From: Candidatus Limisoma intestinavium
GTDB lineage: Bacteria > Bacteroidota > Bacteroidia > Bacteroidales > Muribaculaceae
Direction: 5' to 3'
DNA length: 27,992 bases
NCBI GenBank assembly: GCA_018714885.1
Contig: DVMS01000067.1
Coordinates: forward strand, 1-27,992
Shown here in pieces: positions 18,206 to 26,978 of the stretch. A model generated the notes under the pieces. That model searched no databases. It saw only the letters and a program-made list of their open reading frames with translations, and had not been told where the DNA came from. Made by a program: the position numbers and the translations under genes. Positions within the stretch are counted from its first letter, which is position 1. Every line of letters begins with the position of its first letter.

Positions 18206-19366
18206 ATGGCAATTTTTCCAATAGAGGAATTCGATAAATACGAAACGCCGTTTTATTATTATGATGTTGAATTGCTAAAACGGACGCTATCCGCTGTCGG
18301 CAACATGGCGAGAAATAGTGGTTGTCATGTTCATTATGCCATGAAGGCCAATGCCAATCCACGAATTTTGGCGTTGGTCAAAGAGGCCGGAATGGGAGTG
18401 GATTGCGTCAGCGGCGGAGAAATAAGCGCTGCGCTTGAAGCCGGATTTGAAGGCAGTAAAATTATGTTTGCCGGAGTGGGGAAGGCCGATAAGGAAATAG
18501 AACTGGCATTAGAAGCAAATATCAGATGCTTTAATGTGGAATCGCTTCCGGAATTGATAAACATCAATGAAATCGCAAAGAGAAAAAGTGTGATGGCGCG
18601 TGTAGCGGTTCGGGTTAATCCAAATATCGACGCCCATACGCATCATTATATCACCACCGGAGTGAATGGAAATAAGTTTGGCATTGAATTGGAGGATCTT
18701 GACGAATTTGTCAATACTGCGCTTGTTTCGGAAAATATAGACCTTTGTGGCGTGCATTTTCATATCGGATCGCAAATCTTGGATAAAGAGCCATTCAAGG
18801 CATTGTGTGGCAAGGTTGAGGATGTGCTTGCCCGGCTTGAAAGATTGGGCGCGTTAATTACCATAGTCGATGTCGGAGGAGGTTTGGGAATCGACTATGA
18901 CGCACCGGACGAGCATCCAATTCCCGATTTCGAAAATTATTTTCAGATATTTGAAAATGGATTGCGGTTGAAGCCCGGACAAGAGTTGCATTTTGAACCG
19001 GGCAGGGCTTTGGTAGGGCAATGCGGGTCGCTAATAACGAAAGTGTTATATGTGAAAGAAAGCATTGGTCGGAAGTTTGTGATTGTCGATGGCGGAATGA
19101 ACGATTTGATTCGTCCGGCATTGTATCAAGCACACCATAAAATAGAAAATATATCGTCGGTATCGCATGTCGACGATATATATGATGTAGTGGGTCCGAT
19201 ATGTGAAAGTTCGGATTGTTTTGGCACGGACGAACGCTTGCCTATTGTTTCTCGAGGGGATTATTTGGCGTTGCGCTCGGCAGGGGCATACGGAGAGGTT
19301 ATGGCTTCTTCCTACAATTGCCGTCCATTGCCTCGCAGCATTTTTTCAGACAATCTGTTTCTTTAA
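18206..19366 (+). CDS. lysA: Diaminopimelate decarboxylase
   Basis: YAMKAN (PLP Lys), HFHIGSQ, GGGLG, EPGRALV, GPICESSD, GAYG; start placed at ATG 18206. Confidence 0.95.
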   Translation: MAIFPIEEFDKYETPFYYYDVELLKRTLSAVGNMARNSGCHVHYAMKANANPRILALVKEAGMGVDCVSGGEISAALEAGFEGSKIMFAGVGKADKEIELALEANIRCFNVESLPELININEIAKRKSVMARVAVRVNPNIDAHTHHYITTGVNGNKFGIELEDLDEFVNTALVSENIDLCGVHFHIGSQILDKEPFKALCGKVEDVLARLERLGALITIVDVGGGLGIDYDAPDEHPIPDFENYFQIFENGLRLKPGQELHFEPGRALVGQCGSLITKVLYVKESIGRKFVIVDGGMNDLIRPALYQAHHKIENISSVSHVDDIYDVVGPICESSDCFGTDERLPIVSRGDYLALRSAGAYGEVMASSYNCRPLPRSIFSDNLFL

Positions 19367-19377
19367 AAGAGATTGCA

Positions 19378-19683
19378 CTAAGTATTTAGCACATCTTCAA
19401 CGGCTTGTTTGAGAATGGAAAGTCGTTGCAGACCAACTTGTCGCCAATGGATTTCTCCATTTTTGAATATAAAGATGCTGGGAATCGATTGCACGTTGAA
19501 TTCTTGTGCCAACGCTTCGTTTTTGTCGATATCGACTTTAATGATTCTAACTTTATCTCCAATTGCAGTTTTTAGTTCTTCAAGAATGGGGTGCATTCTT
19601 TGGCATGGAGCGCACCATGTGGCGTAAAAATCTACCAATGTGGGTGTCGATGATGAGATGATTTCTTTAAATTGCTCAGCCAT
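19378..19683 (-). CDS. trxA: Thioredoxin
   Basis: 101 aa; VDFYATWCAPC, VQSIP. Confidence 0.92.
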   Translation of the reverse strand: MAEQFKEIISSSTPTLVDFYATWCAPCQRMHPILEELKTAIGDKVRIIKVDIDKNEALAQEFNVQSIPSIFIFKNGEIHWRQVGLQRLSILKQAVEDVLNT

Positions 19684-19750
19684 GTGATTTAATTTTTTTG
19701 ATTAAACGATTAATCCGCATGCTTGGTTCATTGATTTTGTAATAGCCATG

Positions 19751-19797
19751 AAAAAAACGGTCGAATACGCGCCTAACGTAATTCGACCGTTTCTTTT
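19751..19797 (-). terminator. Intrinsic terminator after pgm
   Basis: 12-bp stem AAACGGTCGAAT/ATTCGACCGTTT with a T7 tail on the minus strand and a weaker T tail on the plus strand. Confidence 0.85.
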
Positions 19798-19810
19798 GAT
19801 TTAATGGAAT

Positions 19811-21556
19811 TTAGATGCCTAAATCTTTTTTGATGCTTTCGATTTTTCCATCAGCTTCTTGAGTAACTTTTAGATAATCCGCAGCATCTTTCAGAGGGAT
19901 ATGCACTTCAATATAAAATTTGATTTTAGGCTCTGTTCCCGATGGGCGGATAGACACTTTCGTGTGGTCTTCCGTGAAATATTGCAATACGTTGGATGTA
20001 ACCGGCATTTCGAGGTCTGTTGTTTTGCCGGTTGCCATGTCGGTTTGTTTCAATGTCTGATAATCTTTGACTATCGACACTTTTGAACCTGCAAGCGTTT
20101 TTGGAGAGTTCTCACGGAATTGCTTCATGATCGCAGCAATTTCTTCAGCTCCGGATTTTCCTTTGCGCACAAGCGAAATGCCTTTTTCGCGTGAAAATCC
20201 ATATTTCAAGTATATGTCTTGAAGCATGTCGATCATGTTCATTCCTTTGTCTTTTGCCCACGCTGCAATTTCAGCCATTAGCGATATGGCAGAAACAGAA
20301 TCTTTGTCGCGCACAAAATCTTCAACAAGAAAACCATAACTTTCTTCACCGCCGCCAAGATATCTTGCTTTTCCTTCGTTTTTGCGCATAATGTCGGCTA
20401 TCCATTTAAATCCGGTATAGCAGTCGTACATTTTAATTTTATGCGCGTCGGCGATAGACTTGATAGTTTCTGTCGTGACGATGGTTTTGACAATATATTC
20501 GTTTCCTGTCAAACGTCCTAATTCTGCATTTCGCGTCATCAAATAGTTTAAGAATATAAGTACTATCTGATTGCCGTTCACGAGCACATATTCTCCATTA
20601 TTGTCGCGAATGACTACGCCGATGCGGTCGGCATCGGGGTCGGAAGCCATGACAAGCTCGGCTCCGGTTTCTTTTGCCTTTTCAATGCCCATGGCCATGG
20701 CAGAAGGTTCTTCGGGATTGGGCGATGCCACAGTCGGGAAGTCTCCGCTAAGCACTTCTTGTTCGGGGACGCCAATAACGTTTGTAAACCCGAAATTTTT
20801 CAAAGAGCGTGGTATTAGCTTCAATCCGGTTCCATGAATTGGCGTATACACGATCTTCATGTCGTGATGCCTTTTGATGGCATCGGGACTTAATGACAAT
20901 GTTTTGATTTTGTCAAGGAAAATCTTGTCGATGTCTTCTCCGATGATTTCTATCTTTGATTTGTCTCCGTTGAATTTGATGTCTTTTACGTCGGTAACTT
21001 CGTTGACGTATTTAATTGTGTTGGCATCGTGTGGAGGAATCATTTGGGCGCCATCGTCCCAATATGCTTTGTATCCGTTGTATTCTTTGGGATTGTGGGA
21101 GGCGGTGATGATTACACCGCTTTGGCATCCAAGATGGCGGATGGCAAACGACATTTCAGGAGTTGGGCGGCACGAATCGAACAAGTAAACTTTAATTCCA
21201 TTTGCGGAAAAAATATTAGCGACAGTTTCTGCAAACAATCGGCTGTTGTTGCGCACATCGTGTCCGACAACTACTTTGATTTCTGAAAGATTCGCAAAAG
21301 CTGTTTTCAGATAGTTGGCCAATCCTTGCGTTGCAGCTCCTACGGTATAAATGTTCATGCGATTTGTGCCTGCGCCCATAATTCCTCGCAAGCCTCCGGT
21401 TCCGAATTCAAGGTCTTTGTAGAAAGATTCTATCAACTCGGTTTTGTCTTCATTGTCGAGCATGGCTTTCACTGTGGCTCTGGTATTCTCATCGTATTCC
21501 GGCCCAAGCCATTTCTCTGCTTTTTTCGTGACTTCTTTTAAAAGTTCGTTATCCAT
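19811..21556 (-). CDS. pgm: Phosphoglucomutase / phosphomannomutase
   Basis: 581 aa; FGTGGLRG, TASHNP (phospho-Ser), DPDADR (metal loop), GEESYG, RPSGTEPKIK. Confidence 0.95.
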   Translation of the reverse strand: MDNELLKEVTKKAEKWLGPEYDENTRATVKAMLDNEDKTELIESFYKDLEFGTGGLRGIMGAGTNRMNIYTVGAATQGLANYLKTAFANLSEIKVVVGHDVRNNSRLFAETVANIFSANGIKVYLFDSCRPTPEMSFAIRHLGCQSGVIITASHNPKEYNGYKAYWDDGAQMIPPHDANTIKYVNEVTDVKDIKFNGDKSKIEIIGEDIDKIFLDKIKTLSLSPDAIKRHHDMKIVYTPIHGTGLKLIPRSLKNFGFTNVIGVPEQEVLSGDFPTVASPNPEEPSAMAMGIEKAKETGAELVMASDPDADRIGVVIRDNNGEYVLVNGNQIVLIFLNYLMTRNAELGRLTGNEYIVKTIVTTETIKSIADAHKIKMYDCYTGFKWIADIMRKNEGKARYLGGGEESYGFLVEDFVRDKDSVSAISLMAEIAAWAKDKGMNMIDMLQDIYLKYGFSREKGISLVRKGKSGAEEIAAIMKQFRENSPKTLAGSKVSIVKDYQTLKQTDMATGKTTDLEMPVTSNVLQYFTEDHTKVSIRPSGTEPKIKFYIEVHIPLKDAADYLKVTQEADGKIESIKKDLGI

Positions 21557-21588
21557 ATCGTATTTAGATTTTAGATTAATTTCTCTTA

Positions 21589-21596
21589 CAAATATA
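21589..21596 (-). promoter_or_regulatory. -7 element upstream of pgm
   Basis: TATATTTG on the minus strand, 32 bp from the ATG. Confidence 0.55.
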
Positions 21597-21631
21597 ATGC
21601 TAATTTGTAAAAAAACATATTATTCAGTTTT

Positions 21632-21856
21632 TTATTCTTGATTTTTCTCGGTTGAAGCATCTTTTTTCGATTCAGAACGACGTTCTTTCCGTTTTAGCGT
21701 GAAATGAAGCATGATAATAGCAAGCAAGGATATGCCGGCTACGGAAAAATAATATAAATAGTCGCCTCGTTTTAGTATGGGTAATCCGAGATATGCCATG
21801 AATATCAGGTAAATAAGGAGAATAGCAGGAAGATAGGTGGATTTTTTTATTTTCAT
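21632..21856 (-). CDS. Small two-helix membrane protein of unknown function
   Basis: 74 aa; two hydrophobic stretches and a K/R/E-rich tail; ATGA overlap with the upstream exonuclease supports that it is a real gene. Confidence 0.75.
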   Translation of the reverse strand: MKIKKSTYLPAILLIYLIFMAYLGLPILKRGDYLYYFSVAGISLLAIIMLHFTLKRKERRSESKKDASTEKNQE

Positions 21857-22515
21857 GAGTTCGTTTGGTTTTCGAGTTCAACAATATTGTCGATTTTGTA
21901 TTTGGATAATTCCGGCTTGAAATTAGCATCCATTAATTTCCGATAGATACGTATGCATGCCCATGCGTCGATGGCTGCATAGCTTGATTGCGCATCTGTA
22001 AGTTCCGGCGCGTCCCAATTGGAGAGCTGCTGGTTTTTGGAAATTCGCTCTTCGAATAGAATTGCATATATTTTCTGCAAGCTTATGTTTGCAAATTTAT
22101 AGAGGGGGACGATTTTTTGCAAATCGACAAATCCTTGCGGGGTGAAATTATAATTGTGCGACAGGTTGTTGAAATCGTCATGGAGCGAAAGTCCGATTTT
22201 GATGATATTCGGATTATCCACGATTTCCCGCAACGGGGTTAAATCTTGGATTTTGCGGGTTCTAAAAAGGAAACAAATATCATCGGTTGCTATTTGTATT
22301 AATGAAACATGAATTGGAGTGCCCTTTTTAAAAGTCGGTTTGGATTCTGTGTCAAAACCGAGCAAAGAATATTTTTTCAGTATACTGACGGCTTTTATTG
22401 TTTGCACGGTAGAGTCGATGATATGAATATGTCCCGGGTATTCCACTCGTGGCAATTCTGCAAGTTGCTCTTTGGTAATGGCAAGGGCAAAGTCTGTATT
22501 TTCTGTATTATTCAT
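21853..22515 (-). CDS. DEDDy 3'-5' exonuclease (RNase D/WRN-like)
   Basis: ExoI LGFDTESKP, ExoII SLHDD/DLQ, ExoIII YAAIDA. Confidence 0.92.
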   Translation of the reverse strand: MNNTENTDFALAITKEQLAELPRVEYPGHIHIIDSTVQTIKAVSILKKYSLLGFDTESKPTFKKGTPIHVSLIQIATDDICFLFRTRKIQDLTPLREIVDNPNIIKIGLSLHDDFNNLSHNYNFTPQGFVDLQKIVPLYKFANISLQKIYAILFEERISKNQQLSNWDAPELTDAQSSYAAIDAWACIRIYRKLMDANFKPELSKYKIDNIVELENQTNS

Positions 22516-23156
22516 TTGTTATGCTCGTTGTTCATTATGATGTATTGGATATCGGGGAAGCGATGCTTCATTAATTGGCTGAAATATGCTTGTGTTTCGG
22601 CCGCAATTGTCGCATCCTCATCGAAATATGGATTGTAGATGAGGTAGGATATGTCGATTCCGCGCGAATGTGCGGCTTCAATGGTCAGCAAAGTGTGGTT
22701 TATGGAGCCCAATTGCCCGTTTGTGACGATTGCAAGCGGTAGCTTTTTTTCGTGGATATAGTCTATTGTCAAATAGTTTTCTGTAATAGGAACCATAATG
22801 CCTCCGGCTCCTTCCATGAGGATGGTGTCGTAATCGGCAAACAATTTATTAGTAGATTTGTCGATGAGCGACAAGTCTATTTCTCGTTTGTCGATGCGTG
22901 CAGCCAAATGCGGCGATGCCGGATAGGTCATTATAATGGGGGCTGTCGTAAAATCCGTATCGATGGGAAGAAGCGGCAAGTGCATTACTTTCCTGTGAAT
23001 TTCAATGTCTTCCGAGTATCCGATGTTGCCGGTTTGTATCATTTTCATTGTGATGACTTTTTCGCCTTTCGCAATTAGATGATTGGCCAGCCACCCTGTG
23101 GCATAGCTTTTTCCGACATTAGTACCTATGCCGCTGACAAATATAATTTTTTTCAT
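22512..23156 (-). CDS. bioD: Dethiobiotin synthetase
   Basis: SGIGTNVGKS P-loop, MKMIQTG, ASPHLAA, EGAGG, LGSINHTLL. Confidence 0.95.
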   Translation of the reverse strand: MKKIIFVSGIGTNVGKSYATGWLANHLIAKGEKVITMKMIQTGNIGYSEDIEIHRKVMHLPLLPIDTDFTTAPIIMTYPASPHLAARIDKREIDLSLIDKSTNKLFADYDTILMEGAGGIMVPITENYLTIDYIHEKKLPLAIVTNGQLGSINHTLLTIEAAHSRGIDISYLIYNPYFDEDATIAAETQAYFSQLMKHRFPDIQYIIMNNEHNK

Positions 23157-24565
23157 TTTTGACGTAGTTTCTTAGCAATGATATAAATGGGATTATATGT
23201 CAATTGAAAACGCCCGTTTTCGTCTCGTGGTATGTTTGCTTGAATTTTAGAGATTAACTGTTTGGGTGATTCAGGCGAACCGGTTATTATCCCGTTTACG
23301 CCGGTATGGCGCAAACTGTTTATTAGGTCGATTGGCGAATCAAATTGGTGTTGAATTTTTTCCTCTTCAAGGATAAGAGGCAAAAATCCGCTATTGGCAA
23401 GAGCATTTTGCCAATCTTGCACCGACAGATAGTTTAAAGAGAAAGGCGTGACTAAGCGCATTTCGGCCAAATTGTCTTTTCCGAACGTCGATAGTACGAT
23501 TAATCCTTCATCGGCCAGCGTGTCGCGAATATTGTTTAGCCATGCGGAAGTATTCTCAAACCATTGGATTGCCGAACTTGAAACAATACGCTCGAAGACG
23601 TTTCTTGGATATTCATATTCGGCATCGGCGCAAAAATAGGAGAGAGGGCAATCGATGCCGGAAAAAAAGTTTTTGCGAATCTCAATTATGTCGTTGAGGC
23701 ATATCGTTTTGGGATGGAATATAGGTGCATATAATTTTGTGAAGATTCCGCTTCCGCATCCGATTTCGTATACTGACATGCCGGTAGATTTGTCGATTTC
23801 TTTCCATTTGTCAAGCAGTCGTTGAGCTGCTTGATGTTGGCATTTCGCATGATTGTCGTAGTTCAGTTGGCATTTTTCGAATTTGGTTTTTATGAGTTGT
23901 TTGTCGATTAAATTTGACAAGACAATATCAACAAGTCGCTTGGGCAAATGGCTGTCGGGGATATGCACGATTGTTGTTGCATTTTCCCATTGCCGGATCT
24001 GTGCTTTTGGCGGGAAAATCCTGTCATAGTCGGCTACATAGGCTTTGCTCCATTGGGAGTGTGCCGGTGTCGTTTTTTTTCGCAGATATTCGTCGCGAAT
24101 GGCTTCTAATTCGCTTCGAAGAGATTGTATTGTTCGCATGGGGCGATGCGACAACAATTCGTCGTATTGTTCGGAGGAAGAACATATACGGCGATAAAAT
24201 TTCAATAACGATTGCTCCGATAGTTGTTGGAGCGTAGCGTTGAAAATATTTTCAGGGATTCCCAGCGTGTCGTCGACGGGATGAAGAGTGCCGTTGATGG
24301 CAATGCTAAATGTTGGTTTGAACTGCGATTCTTCCATCCACCGTTCAGCGGCAAAAACGCCAAACGACCAAGCAAAAAGGAAAGTATTCCTATATGTTTG
24401 CGGAATCTCCAAATTATTGAAATTGCAATCGGAATAGTCGTATGCTATCAGCACATCAGCATAGTCAGTTTTCAATTGCATGAAAGGATTGGCATCCATG
24501 CCCCATCCGGCAAAAAAGAGGAGCAACGAACGATTACCGGTTTTATTGAGATATTGATGTTTCAT
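23153..24565 (-). CDS. bioGC: Fused pimeloyl-ACP methyl ester esterase (BioG/DUF452) and malonyl-ACP O-methyltransferase (BioC)
   Basis: N-half FFAGWGMD, AWSFG, INGT..P, DRIFP; C-half YEIGCGSG SAM-binding motif, SSSAIQW, STFG..NL; one uninterrupted 470-aa frame. Confidence 0.9.
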   Translation of the reverse strand: MKHQYLNKTGNRSLLLFFAGWGMDANPFMQLKTDYADVLIAYDYSDCNFNNLEIPQTYRNTFLFAWSFGVFAAERWMEESQFKPTFSIAINGTLHPVDDTLGIPENIFNATLQQLSEQSLLKFYRRICSSSEQYDELLSHRPMRTIQSLRSELEAIRDEYLRKKTTPAHSQWSKAYVADYDRIFPPKAQIRQWENATTIVHIPDSHLPKRLVDIVLSNLIDKQLIKTKFEKCQLNYDNHAKCQHQAAQRLLDKWKEIDKSTGMSVYEIGCGSGIFTKLYAPIFHPKTICLNDIIEIRKNFFSGIDCPLSYFCADAEYEYPRNVFERIVSSSAIQWFENTSAWLNNIRDTLADEGLIVLSTFGKDNLAEMRLVTPFSLNYLSVQDWQNALANSGFLPLILEEEKIQHQFDSPIDLINSLRHTGVNGIITGSPESPKQLISKIQANIPRDENGRFQLTYNPIYIIAKKLRQK

Positions 24566-25688
24566 AAATATTAATCAGTTCAATTAGCTTGTCAATATCG
24601 CATTTGCGGATATTGGCATTTAAGCTGAATCGGATTCTTTCAGTTCCTGCAGGAACGGTCGGGTGTCGGATTGGCAACGCGATAAATCCGGATTGACGCA
24701 ATGAAGATGACAGCATGACAGCTTTGCTGCTGTCTCCAATGATCAATGGAACAATCTGCGAATGGCTGCGAATGTTGTGATTGTATTTTTCAAATTTGCA
24801 ATTTATATATTCGCTGACATTGAGAAGATATTCCCTTTCTTTGTCCATCCCAAGCAGAAATTCAATGACAAATTTACTCCATCTGCATGAAATTGGGGGC
24901 AAGGCCGTCGAAAAAATCAAGCTGCGCGCCTTATTGATTAAGAAATCCTTCATGACGGCAGACGCAATGGCAAAAGCGCCGATGGATGCGACAGCTTTCC
25001 CAAAAGTTCCAATCACAATGTCAAATTTGTCGATTGTTCCGGTTTCTTCAATGACGCCAAGTCCATGCTTCCCCCTGACGCCAAAGGCATGAGCCTCGTC
25101 GATGTATGTGATGATATCGGGATATTGCCGTTTGATTTCTGCCAAACGGTGCAGATCGGCAATGTCTCCGTCCATGCTGAAAACCGACTCTGTTATGACA
25201 AGGATGCGGGAAGTTTGTCCATAATAATCCGATATCGTTCTTTCCAATTGTTCGAAATCATTGTGCCGGAATCGGATTAATTTAGCCTGTGATAATTTTA
25301 TGCCATCGATAATGCTTGCATGGACAAGACGATCGGCCAATACAACAGTGTGCCTGTCGGCAATCGCCGGAATAATGCCGGTGTTGGCGTGATATCCGCT
25401 ATTGAACAACAAGGCAGGCCGATGATATAAATCTTCGAGCATCTTCTCGAGCGCGATATAATCGGATTGTTTGGCAGAAAGCAGTCGGGATGCAGCCGAT
25501 GACATTTTTAGATCGTCAAGGTCGGTCGAATTAAAAAAGCGTTCTAACAATTGGCGATTGGAAGCGACGCCCATATAGTCGTTGGTCGATAAGTCGATTA
25601 GTCCGTTTCCCGGTTCTTGCGGTATCGTTCTTATGTTGCCTGACTCTTTTAGAGAATCGATTGTTTTTCGGCAAAAGTCTTCAATCAT
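24543..25688 (-). CDS. bioF: 8-amino-7-oxononanoate synthase
   Basis: [44 protein letters not shown] (PLP Lys), RHPTVP. Confidence 0.95.
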   Translation of the reverse strand: MIEDFCRKTIDSLKESGNIRTIPQEPGNGLIDLSTNDYMGVASNRQLLERFFNSTDLDDLKMSSAASRLLSAKQSDYIALEKMLEDLYHRPALLFNSGYHANTGIIPAIADRHTVVLADRLVHASIIDGIKLSQAKLIRFRHNDFEQLERTISDYYGQTSRILVITESVFSMDGDIADLHRLAEIKRQYPDIITYIDEAHAFGVRGKHGLGVIEETGTIDKFDIVIGTFGKAVASIGAFAIASAVMKDFLINKARSLIFSTALPPISCRWSKFVIEFLLGMDKEREYLLNVSEYINCKFEKYNHNIRSHSQIVPLIIGDSSKAVMLSSSLRQSGFIALPIRHPTVPAGTERIRFSLNANIRKCDIDKLIELINIYETSISQ

Positions 25689-26959
25689 AGTTCTTTGACG
25701 ATTAGAAGAAGTTTGCTGATTAGGAATTCAAGATCTTCATTGTTGATGATGAAAGGTGGCATGATGTAGACGCGAGTGCCAAACGGGCGCACCCAAATGC
25801 CTTCTTCCACGCAGCGACGTTGGAATGTGCCGACATCGACAGGCTTTTTTGTTTCTATTACGCCGATTGCTCCCAATATTCTGACATCACTTACTGTCGG
25901 GAATGTTGCCGCTTCGGGCATTAAGCATCGCATTATGTTTTCTATGCGAGCGACATTGGATTTCCAATCAGATTCCAACAGCAGTTTGGTGGATGCGACA
26001 GCCACTGCGCATGCCAATGGATTTCCCATGAATGTCGGACCGTGCATCAATACGCCGGCAGCTCCTTTGGAAATGGTGTCGGCCACGTCTCGTGTAGTGG
26101 CGATGGCGCTCATTGTCATGTATCCGCCCGTTAATGCTTTGCCAATACACATGATGTCGGGCATCGTGCCGGCATGTTCCCATGCGAAAAGTTTGCCGGT
26201 TCGGCCAAATCCGGTTGCAATTTCGTCGAATATCAAATATAATCCGTAGCGGTCGCACAGTTCGCGAGCTTTTTTCAAATAGTTCGGATGATAGAAATTC
26301 ATTCCACCTGCGCCCTGAACGATAGGCTCTAATATCAATCCGGCAAGTTCGTCGGCATGTTCCGATACGATTTGTTCCAACTCGATTGTGCAATCCGGAT
26401 TCCATTCGTCGTGGAATTTGCAAGATGGCGACGGCGCGAAATAGCGAGGGGTCAACGATGGTCCGAACAAGCTGTGCATGCCGGTCACGGGATCGCAAAC
26501 TGTCATGGCATTCCATGTATCGCCATGGTAGCCGGAGCGAATGGTGGCGAAATTGCTTTTTTTCGGATTTCCCGTTTTGCTTATGGCTGCTTGTATTGCC
26601 ATTTTCATTGCCACTTCAACGGCGACAGAGCCGGAGTCGGCATAAAATATGTTGTACATGTTTGGTGGCAATATGGATAGCAAAAGTTCCCCCAATTCAA
26701 TTGCGGGATGATGGGTGAATCCACCAAACATGACATGCGACATTTTATCGATTTGCTTTTTTGCCGCTTCGTTGAGCGTGGGGTTATTGTAGCCATGCAC
26801 AGCAGCCCACCACGAAGACATGCCATCGATTAAAATCGTGCCATCTTCGAGTTTGATGCGAACGCCGGAAGCGCTATCCACCATGTATGTAGGAAGCGGA
26901 TTGATGGTAGATGTATAGGGATGCCAAAGGTGCAGTTTGTCGAATGTATCGTGCAGCAT
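25685..26959 (-). CDS. bioA: Adenosylmethionine-8-amino-7-oxononanoate aminotransferase
   Basis: [53 protein letters not shown] (PLP Lys); start placed at ATG 26959. Confidence 0.95.
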   Translation of the reverse strand: MLHDTFDKLHLWHPYTSTINPLPTYMVDSASGVRIKLEDGTILIDGMSSWWAAVHGYNNPTLNEAAKKQIDKMSHVMFGGFTHHPAIELGELLLSILPPNMYNIFYADSGSVAVEVAMKMAIQAAISKTGNPKKSNFATIRSGYHGDTWNAMTVCDPVTGMHSLFGPSLTPRYFAPSPSCKFHDEWNPDCTIELEQIVSEHADELAGLILEPIVQGAGGMNFYHPNYLKKARELCDRYGLYLIFDEIATGFGRTGKLFAWEHAGTMPDIMCIGKALTGGYMTMSAIATTRDVADTISKGAAGVLMHGPTFMGNPLACAVAVASTKLLLESDWKSNVARIENIMRCLMPEAATFPTVSDVRILGAIGVIETKKPVDVGTFQRRCVEEGIWVRPFGTRVYIMPPFIINNEDLEFLISKLLLIVKEL

Positions 26960-26978
26960 GGTACAAAAATCTATGTAT

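Noticed and set aside
23138-23145. TATATTTG inside the first codons of bioD
   Set aside because: Explained by the coding sequence (Ile-Ile-Phe-Val); no -33 element and far from the next gene start.
24543-24565. 23-bp bioF/bioGC overlap as a possible frameshift or fusion
   Set aside because: Both genes have complete termini; short overlaps are ordinary in tight operons.
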